Positions 19,410 through 26,275 of a stretch of DNA of 53,770 bases are shown piece by piece. The notes beneath the pieces were generated by a model that did no database searches, was not told the origin of the DNA, and saw only the letters and a list, made by a program, of their open reading frames with translations. This DNA comes from an uncultured Thermotogae bacterium. GTDB lineage: Bacteria > Bipolaricaulota > Bipolaricaulia > UBA7950 > UBA9294. Position numbers and translations under genes: made by a program. Within the stretch, counting starts at the first letter, position 1. Every line of letters starts with the position of its first letter. The DNA is taken from assembly GCA_964568045.1 (NCBI GenBank), contig CAZMOL010000001.1:2044-55813 (forward strand). The letters are read 5' to 3'.

Positions 19410-19622
19410 CTAGCGCCGACGGCGTCCCTTGGGTCGGCCGCGTGAGGGCCGGCTCTTTTTCTTGTTGCCCTTTTTGGGCGGAGGCCGTTTGCTGGTGCAC
19501 TCGACGCAGTACACGGGGCGATCGGTCAAGGGCAGGAAGGGGAGTTCCTCGATCTTCTTCCCGCATTTTGCACACCTGAGATCGAAAACACGTACGTCGT
19601 GCATCTTCCGGCCAGAGGCCAT
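19410..19622 (-). CDS. small zinc-ribbon protein with polybasic tail
   Basis: MASGRKMHDVRVFDLRCAKCGKKIEELPFLPLTDRPVYCVECTSKRPPPKKGNKKKSRPSRGRPKGRRRR, with CxxC-x18-CxxC. ATG 19622 is preceded by GGAAGGAGAG. Confidence 0.55.
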   Translation of the reverse strand: MASGRKMHDVRVFDLRCAKCGKKIEELPFLPLTDRPVYCVECTSKRPPPKKGNKKKSRPSRGRPKGRRRR

Positions 19623-19820
19623 AGGCTCTCCTTCCAAAACCTTTCCACAGCACCCGTTGCTGCCTGTTGGGCCTGCAGGCATCCCCACAGTACCCGATGT
19701 GACGTGAAATTCACACCCACGGAACGCGGAAAGTGCCGATGTCTTCGTGAATATGGGTCAACTCAGGTCAGACGAGGCGGGGCGATCAGCGAGCTGGAGG
19801 ACGGCGGGTTCCTCGCTGCC

Positions 19821-19935
19821 GGCCTCGTTTGAAACGTGGTCGCCGCCTGCCTCAAGAAGGAAGGGATTCTGAACTGAGACAGCTCTCGAACAGGTGGCAC
19901 CAGCAATGACGATCTAACCCTGGCGGAGTCCCATG
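19821..19935 (+). repeat. island repeat, copy D
   Basis: ggcctcgtttgaaacgtggtcgccgcctgcctcaagaaggaagggattctgaactgagacagc aligns with the A/B/C cores. The tail ggcaccagcaatgacgatctaaccctggcggagtccc aligns with copy B tail agcaccaagaatgaagacctgaccaccgcagagaccc. Confidence 0.55.
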
Positions 19936-19942
19936 TGGTGAG

Positions 19943-20914
19943 TCAGCATTGAGCCTTCGGGATTTTGCTTAAGCCCTCGACTGCCGATGACATCAGGTCC
20001 TGGATCTCAAGCGGCTCGCCCTTGCTTGGTTCGCGCCGGAGCGACAGCGCGTTCTGGTCACACTTGGAGATGCACACCCCACAGCCCATGCAGCGCTCTT
20101 CATCCACCGTGACGACGCCCTCTGTCACCGTAAGCGCGTCGAACGGGCAGGCCTCGGCACAGTCACCGCAACCGACGCATCGTTCGCCGTCCGGTTCGCA
20201 CACGTATCCCGAAGACGCCAGCATCGGCGTCCCGTAACGCCACGCCTGCATCGCGCCACAACAGCACGAGCAGCAGTTGCAGATCGCGTAGAACCGCCCC
20301 AGCATCGCGTCCTTGAAGAAGGCGTGGTGCACGTGGCCTCGCTCGTGCTCGGCACGGAGAATCTCGACCGCCTCGTCCTGTGTAATCCAGTGGGACTTCA
20401 TTGGATGATGGTCAGCCACGAAGCTGGCAAACGGCTCCCCAACGACGAGGCATACATCGAGCGGCAGGCAGGGATTCTCTCGCACCGACCGACACGGGCA
20501 TTCCAGGGCCACGATGTGATCCGGCTCGCTCAACACGATGTCGCGGGCCGTGGCGTAGGGGATGATCTGCTCCAGGTTCCTCAGATCGATCTTAACATTC
20601 AACGTGACCAGCCGCTCCGCCGCCCCTGTCGGGACGACCTTGCCGTGGTACCGATCGGCGAAGCGCCGCTTCGTGTCTATTGGGTCTCCCCGAGAAGATC
20701 GCAGAAGAAGCCGTGACACCACGTTGACGATTGGTCGCAGGACCCACGGAAGCTCGCGCTCTCCCGTTCCCAGGCCGATGTACAGATACGGCCAGCGGCC
20801 GTACACATAGCCGTGAAGGAAGTCCAGCAACGAATACCCAACCGTTCGCCTCCCCTCACGCCAGAGTGCGCGGGTCGAGGCACGCACCAGTCCGTGCCGG
20901 CGTTGGTCGCTCAC
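19943..20914 (-). CDS. 4Fe-4S dicluster domain protein with extra Cys-rich motif
   Basis: C-terminal CVGCGDCAEACP and CMGCGVCISKC ferredoxin motifs. Upstream there is an unusual CNCCSCCC cluster and a CPC motif. 323 aa. Confidence 0.8.
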   Translation of the reverse strand: MSDQRRHGLVRASTRALWREGRRTVGYSLLDFLHGYVYGRWPYLYIGLGTGERELPWVLRPIVNVVSRLLLRSSRGDPIDTKRRFADRYHGKVVPTGAAERLVTLNVKIDLRNLEQIIPYATARDIVLSEPDHIVALECPCRSVRENPCLPLDVCLVVGEPFASFVADHHPMKSHWITQDEAVEILRAEHERGHVHHAFFKDAMLGRFYAICNCCSCCCGAMQAWRYGTPMLASSGYVCEPDGERCVGCGDCAEACPFDALTVTEGVVTVDEERCMGCGVCISKCDQNALSLRREPSKGEPLEIQDLMSSAVEGLSKIPKAQC

Positions 20915-20955
20915 AAAGCCCCCCAGAAAGAAGATGATTCAGACAGCTTACCTGG
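20900..20955 (+). repeat. island repeat, degenerate copy G (touches 5' end of the 4Fe-4S gene)
   Basis: cgttggtcgctcac...agaaagaagatgattcagacagct aligns by eye with copy D cgtggtcgccgcc...agaaggaagggattctgaactgagacagct. Confidence 0.3.
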
Positions 20956-21160
20956 CGGGGTGGGTGTCGGCAAAGCGTCGGGAATGCACGTGTGACAATG
21001 CAAGACGCAAAGGAGTTTCCCGGTAGCCGGCGCGAGACCGGGGACCGCAAGCAAAGTAGAGGAACTTGATTTCCTCTGTCCCTCGCACGGGGAAGGTACG
21101 GACAAGATCCTCAGGCACTCTGACTTTTCGCGAAACCCGACAAGAAACGAGGGATAGGTG

Positions 21161-21886
21161 CTATTTGCCGGAATTGCCGATTGCCCGAGCGAGCGCCGAT
21201 GCGTCCGTCTCGTATTTCCGTTTCCGTTCAAGATGTATCAGGCGCGTGAGAGCGACGGCAAACAACAGCGCGTAGTGGCACATGATCGAAGGCAGCGCAC
21301 CTCGCGCCGGTGGCACGAACCGCGACGTCAGTACCGCGAGAGCCACGAATGTCACTGTCCCTAAGAACACCTGAGCCAGTTGGCGCTGCCGGCGCGGGTC
21401 ACGGCAGGTCATCGCGCCGTACCCGGAGAACACGATCATCCCGACGAGCCCTAGACAGTAGAACGAGGAGTAGACGAGGAAGCGCGGTATGGCGTGGGTA
21501 TAGCGGGCGTAGACGGCGTTGCAGACCGATGCGGAGGCGAAGGATCGGTCGACCACGATCCACACGACGATGCCCGCCGCAGCGGCCAGCATTGCGTAGG
21601 CCGATACGGTGAACGTGCGCGATCTTGGGCGGAGGAGTTGTGCTATCAATAGCAGACCGAGCGCCGGAAGCCAAGTGACGATGACGAATGCCAGTCTCGG
21701 GGTGAATCCGGCTGCGGTGACATTGGCGCAGATCGCGACCTCGGCGATTTGGTACGCCGCCAGCAGCAGCAGGATGGCACTCACCGTGCGAACGATCCTT
21801 CGCTCCCCCGGCCCGCGGAGTGCCCAAACAGCAACAGCGATCTCGAATGCCGCCGTCGCGACGGCGAGAATCGGAGAGTAGTCCAT
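21161..21886 (-). CDS. hypothetical polytopic membrane protein (about 7 TM)
   Basis: Seven hydrophobic segments. Start set to ATG 21886 (MDYSPILAVA), preceded by GAGGGGGAAG. No family recognised. Confidence 0.6.
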   Translation of the reverse strand: MDYSPILAVATAAFEIAVAVWALRGPGERRIVRTVSAILLLLAAYQIAEVAICANVTAAGFTPRLAFVIVTWLPALGLLLIAQLLRPRSRTFTVSAYAMLAAAAGIVVWIVVDRSFASASVCNAVYARYTHAIPRFLVYSSFYCLGLVGMIVFSGYGAMTCRDPRRQRQLAQVFLGTVTFVALAVLTSRFVPPARGALPSIMCHYALLFAVALTRLIHLERKRKYETDASALARAIGNSGK

Positions 21887-22053
21887 CCAGCTTCCCCCTC
21901 TGGATACGTATACACAGGATATTCCGGGCCAGTCAACCCCAAGTGCTGAGTCCAAGGCTCTATGCCGGGAGGCTTGCTCGCTTTGCTTGCATTACACTGC
22001 GTCCTATGATGTAGCGACGCGCGAGCGGCATCGCGCGATAAGGGAGGGAGATC

Positions 22054-22425
22054 ATGGATTGGAGAGACGTCGCGGCGGCGGACGAGGTTCCGGAAGGCCG
22101 AATGATGAGACTGGACATCGAAGGTCGAGAGGTCACGGTTGCCAGAGTTGGCGCAGTGTTCTACGCGTTCGACGATCGCTGCCCCCACATGAATTCACCG
22201 CTGCATCTTGGATCCATTCAGGGCGGCCAAGTCATCTGCCCGCTTCACAAGGCGCGGTTCGATCTTGCCACAGGTAAACAAGTGACGGATCCGAAGATTC
22301 CCATTCCGAAGGCGCTCAAGATGGGCTCGATGATGGCCGGCATACGCACACACGACCTCCCGACGTACGAGGTGAAGACCGAAGGTGGGCGCGTGCTCAT
22401 CAACATGGACCGGCGCAAGACGTAG
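22054..22425 (+). CDS. Rieske [2Fe-2S] domain protein
   Basis: CPHMNSPL...CPLHKARF (CxH...CxxH), 123 aa, small soluble Rieske ferredoxin type. Confidence 0.85.
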   Translation: MDWRDVAAADEVPEGRMMRLDIEGREVTVARVGAVFYAFDDRCPHMNSPLHLGSIQGGQVICPLHKARFDLATGKQVTDPKIPIPKALKMGSMMAGIRTHDLPTYEVKTEGGRVLINMDRRKT

Positions 22426-22718
22426 GCTGAGCATCCGTTTTGTGGCTAGCTCGCGATTGAGTGGAAGAGAACTGCTTGCTTTGTCACTGCGGGCCAAGCG
22501 AAACGTTGAAGGGATAATTAACCCTGTGAAACGGCTATTCTTTGTGCACGGTGTCCATCACCTCAAGCGCAAAGCGGGCTGACACCGTGGGCGGGCCGCC
22601 GCCCATCTCCATTTTGGACTGCACGCTTCCACGGTCTCTTGAATGGGACACGGCAGCATGATCGGGGTTGAGGAGCTTGCGAGTTGTTCCGTCCTGTCGT
22701 ACGGAGGAACCGCTCGCT

Positions 22719-24248
22719 CTATGGTTCCGTCGTCACGAACTGCCGGCCGTCCTTCTTGCACAGGATCTGAACGACGTGCCTGCCGGAGGAGACCGCTGGA
22801 GGCAGGCCGCCGCCGGGCGTGGTCCACTGTCCGATCATGTAAAAGTCCTCGAGGCCGGGGAGCGTCTTGCTCATCTGCATCATGAGGTTCTTTCCGCTCG
22901 GCAGCCAGCCTTCGTACGAGCCGCGCCAGTTGCCGGTGTAGCGCTCCCATGTCATCGGCGTGGCCACGTCGCGCATTTCGACTTTCTCACGAATGCCGGG
23001 AATGCGCTGCTCGAGCGCCGCGATCGCGGCTTCGCAGGCCGCTTCCTTCTCCGCTCGGTACCGTTCGGGATCGTGGCTCAGCTCCTCCCAGCGGTCGTAG
23101 TCGCTGCCGATCATGACGACGAGCACGGACTTCCCCTCCGGTGCCAGATGCGGATCGAAGTTGTAGGCTTGCATCGTCAACCGATTGCGCACCTTCCCGT
23201 CGATCTCGATCGGTGGCGAAAGCGGGAAGCTGATGCCCCCGATGGTGGACGGCACGTCGTTCAGGGGATCGGCGATCCCGAGACCGATGTACAGAAGTGG
23301 TGGGAAGAGCTTCATGTTGTCGTAGTAGCCCTGGATCGTGTCGTTCACGTATCGTCCGTCGAGCATGTCGAAGATCGTCGTCCGGCCGTCGGCGGCGGAG
23401 ACGACGACGTCGGCGCGATGCTCGGTCCCGTCATCGAGTCGGAGGCCGACGGCACGATCGCCTTCAACGAGGACCTTTGACACCCGGGCCGAGTACTGGA
23501 CGGAGCCTCCAAGGTCGAGGAACCGCTTCTCGATGGCACGAGCAAACGGAATCGAGCCGCCCAACGGATACCCGGCCGCCTTCTTGTTCAACCAAGAGAG
23601 GGGCATGATCAGCATGAGCATCGGAAAATCCGGCGCATCGGCCGCTGCGGACGTGAAAGCCTCCCGCAAGAACCGGTTCCGAAGGTGCGAAGCGAACTCG
23701 CTGACCAAGCTCTTCCGCCACCGCATGAACTGCCTGGCAAAGGGAAGGATGCTCCAGGTCATCGCCAGCTTGTCGCGGAGCCCATAGAGTTCGGGGGCCT
23801 TCTCGACCGGGAGATCAAACCGCGTGAATTTCCGGATCGCCCTCGTGAAGGCTCGAATCGCCCGGGCATCCTCCGGGGCGAGCTTTAGAAGATGGCGTTC
23901 GAGTCGCTCGACGTCGCTGTAGAGGATGAGGGTTCGCCCGTCTTTTCCTTCGATGCGGAGGTACTCGTCGAGGTCGAGCATCGTTTGCCCTTGCACGGCG
24001 CCGACTTCCTTCCAGAGCTTGTGGTAGTTCACCCCGGGGGCCGAGCCGACGAGCCAGTGGATGCAGCCGTCGATCGTGTAACCTTTGCGATTCCACGCCG
24101 TGCAGACCCCACCGGGCGTAGTGTGCATCTCGAAGATCTTCGCGCGATAGCCGTTCATCTGGGCGTAGCAGCCGGCGGAGAGGCCCGCGATGCCGGCGCC
24201 GATGATGGCGATGGACTTGCCCGGTGTACGCTCTTCCACGTTCGTCAC
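22719..24248 (-). CDS. FAD-dependent oxidoreductase, phytoene desaturase (CrtI/CrtD)-like family
   Basis: N-terminal dinucleotide fold IAIIGAGIAGLSAG...E, about 500 aa, C-terminal GQWTTPGGGLP typical of the amine oxidase/CrtI superfamily. GTG start preceded by GGGAGGGGA. Confidence 0.85.
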   Translation of the reverse strand: MTNVEERTPGKSIAIIGAGIAGLSAGCYAQMNGYRAKIFEMHTTPGGVCTAWNRKGYTIDGCIHWLVGSAPGVNYHKLWKEVGAVQGQTMLDLDEYLRIEGKDGRTLILYSDVERLERHLLKLAPEDARAIRAFTRAIRKFTRFDLPVEKAPELYGLRDKLAMTWSILPFARQFMRWRKSLVSEFASHLRNRFLREAFTSAAADAPDFPMLMLIMPLSWLNKKAAGYPLGGSIPFARAIEKRFLDLGGSVQYSARVSKVLVEGDRAVGLRLDDGTEHRADVVVSAADGRTTIFDMLDGRYVNDTIQGYYDNMKLFPPLLYIGLGIADPLNDVPSTIGGISFPLSPPIEIDGKVRNRLTMQAYNFDPHLAPEGKSVLVVMIGSDYDRWEELSHDPERYRAEKEAACEAAIAALEQRIPGIREKVEMRDVATPMTWERYTGNWRGSYEGWLPSGKNLMMQMSKTLPGLEDFYMIGQWTTPGGGLPPAVSSGRHVVQILCKKDGRQFVTTEP

Positions 24249-24380
24249 GACAATCCCCTCCCTTGGAATCCGTTCACTCTAGCCGCTCTCAGGAGGGGCG
24301 TCAAGATGCGGCAAGGTCGGATGCCCTTATGTGTCATGCGCTCCCGTCTCCGTGCGAAATCCAATGGTAGACCTCGTAGA

Positions 24381-24490
24381 CCCAGGTTCGTCGGCCTCGT
24401 CCACAACATGGTGATCGTCTGTCTCAGGGAAGAGGGCGTTCTGACCTAAGCCTCTCAGGTCTTTGGTAGAGTACGAGAAGTACGTAGATT
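24381..24490 (+). repeat. island repeat, copy A
   Basis: cccaggttcgtcggcctcgtccacaacatggtgatcgtctgtctcagggaagagggcgttctgacctaagcctc. By hand count it matches copy C at 23 of the first 27 positions and about 74% over the next 19. Confidence 0.7.
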
Positions 24491-24699
24491 TTGATGCTCC
24501 AATGAAAGTCTTGGACTCAGCTTTTCACTTGTTGGGACCCGAGTGATGCGCCGTGGTATCGTTTCTGAAAGCGGTCACGCTCTCTTGGCTGCGCGTGGCC
24601 GCATGTGGCTGGTATGCTAGCAAGAAGATCAGGCTGTGCCCGCAGATACCCCGATGTTAGTATAAGTCACAACAGCTTCCATCATCTCTCGTACGCCAT

Positions 24700-26274
24700 A
24701 TGATGATGGGTGTATACCTCGTTGCCGCTAACATGCGCATCATGTATGATGGACGCACAATGCCGGATGATCGACAAGGCTCCTTCTTGTGTCTTTCTCT
24801 GTGGACGCTCTTCATGATCATCATGGTGTTCAGCGTCTCGATCGGCCTTCGATGCGTCGCTGACAACGGCACAGAAAGTACACCCAGCGATAGATTACCA
24901 AGTATCGTTGGAATCGTCGTTGTAATTCTTGCCACCGCTGCTTCCGGCTGGTACTTCGGTCGACCTGTCCACAAGGTGCCCTTCCTGCTCGGGATCGCTG
25001 CCTTCAGTGCAGCGTGTGGTATTGGGATCGGATGGAGCCCTGAGCCAACGTTTGCTGCTCTTGTCCCAGCGCTTGCTGCAGCATTTGGCGGTGCATTGGT
25101 CTTGGCGGGAAGCGCACGGGTTCAACTACACAAGACGCAGACAGGCGAAATCGCAAGCTACGCCTCGGCAGCATCGGGAATCCCTCTACTCGTTGGCATC
25201 TGCTTTGGGGCCTCCTTTTCTAGCCCCCTTCCGTGGAGCGACCCCGCGCGGTTGGCAGCGGTCATCGTGATTCTTGCGTTGGTGATTGCCGTTGGAATCC
25301 TAGTCGGCCGTATGACAGAGAACCCCCCTTTGAGCCTTGGTGCGGCCGCCTTCGGGGCCTTTGTTGGGATGGCGACCGGGCTTTCCCGTTACCCTGTTGT
25401 TGCGTATGTCGCCCCAGCCACACTGGCTCTGTTCACCGGTGTTGCATCGTACGCATTCACAGCGAAACCGCAGGAACGACGCAACATTGGCGGGATACTC
25501 TTGTGCTTCAGCGTCTTGCTCGTTGCCGGCCTCTTCCTCGGCGCAATCGTTCGCGTTGAGCTAGGCTGGGCGCAAGCCCCGTGGTTGATCTATGCGTTTT
25601 GTGCGCTCGTCCTAACGATTCTTGCCCTTGGAAGCACCGTTGGAGGCCTGAACCAGGATCACCTTAGTGCCCTGGGATTCGCGATGTTAGGCGGCGGCGT
25701 CGGACTGACCATCGGACTCAGCATCACGATAGTCACGCACATTGTCATTCCCGTCCTGCTCACGGTGTTTTCCGGGCTGGCGATCTATGTGTTCAGAGCG
25801 GATCGAGAAGATCGACCGACCTTCTATCGACTGATCGGAGTCTTCGCGGTGCTCGTTCTGCTTGGATCGTTTGTTGGGTATTCCCTCCGACAAGCGCGTC
25901 TTGTGCCTGTGTCATCGACCGTCGAAGTCGAAGGGCCGAGGAATGTGTCCATCTGGCTGGAAGGAAGTGAAACCGCGACGGCGATCTTGATCGACGTGCT
26001 TACTCCTGCGGGCAGTGTGCTGCGCATTGTCGAGCGTGTTGACGCGAGGGTCCTATATGAAGGGGTGCCTCTCCAAGGCGAACAGCTGTCATTCAGTGGG
26101 GAGAGCCTCGAAATCAGCTGGCCAGTTGCCGCCGGACACGATTCGCTCGTCGTCACGGGCTGGGATCGGATGGTGGAGCAGGCTGGCTCTTGGGCCGTGG
26201 TTGGCGACGGAGAGCCGATAGACACGTCAACGGCGGAGATTCGCGGCGGCCGGTTCGTCCTAGTCTATCCATGA
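24700..26274 (+). CDS. hypothetical polytopic membrane protein (about 12 TM) with C-terminal soluble domain
   Basis: 524 aa: long run of hydrophobic segments, then an approximately 130-aa non-hydrophobic C-terminus. The start is uncertain (ATGATGATG, weak RBS). Its stop lies 1 nt before the S8 protease start. Confidence 0.65.
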   Translation: MMMGVYLVAANMRIMYDGRTMPDDRQGSFLCLSLWTLFMIIMVFSVSIGLRCVADNGTESTPSDRLPSIVGIVVVILATAASGWYFGRPVHKVPFLLGIAAFSAACGIGIGWSPEPTFAALVPALAAAFGGALVLAGSARVQLHKTQTGEIASYASAASGIPLLVGICFGASFSSPLPWSDPARLAAVIVILALVIAVGILVGRMTENPPLSLGAAAFGAFVGMATGLSRYPVVAYVAPATLALFTGVASYAFTAKPQERRNIGGILLCFSVLLVAGLFLGAIVRVELGWAQAPWLIYAFCALVLTILALGSTVGGLNQDHLSALGFAMLGGGVGLTIGLSITIVTHIVIPVLLTVFSGLAIYVFRADREDRPTFYRLIGVFAVLVLLGSFVGYSLRQARLVPVSSTVEVEGPRNVSIWLEGSETATAILIDVLTPAGSVLRIVERVDARVLYEGVPLQGEQLSFSGESLEISWPVAAGHDSLVVTGWDRMVEQAGSWAVVGDGEPIDTSTAEIRGGRFVLVYP

Positions 26275-26275
26275 C

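Noticed and set aside
24330-24449. Repeat-encoded peptide tail (..PRFVGLVHNMVIVCLREEGVLT*) as evidence of a transposase gene
   Set aside because: Only about 20-35 codons are conserved, and two copies carry internal stops. No DDE or other catalytic region is present anywhere in the window. At most these are relics, so I report them as a repeat and not as a mobile element.
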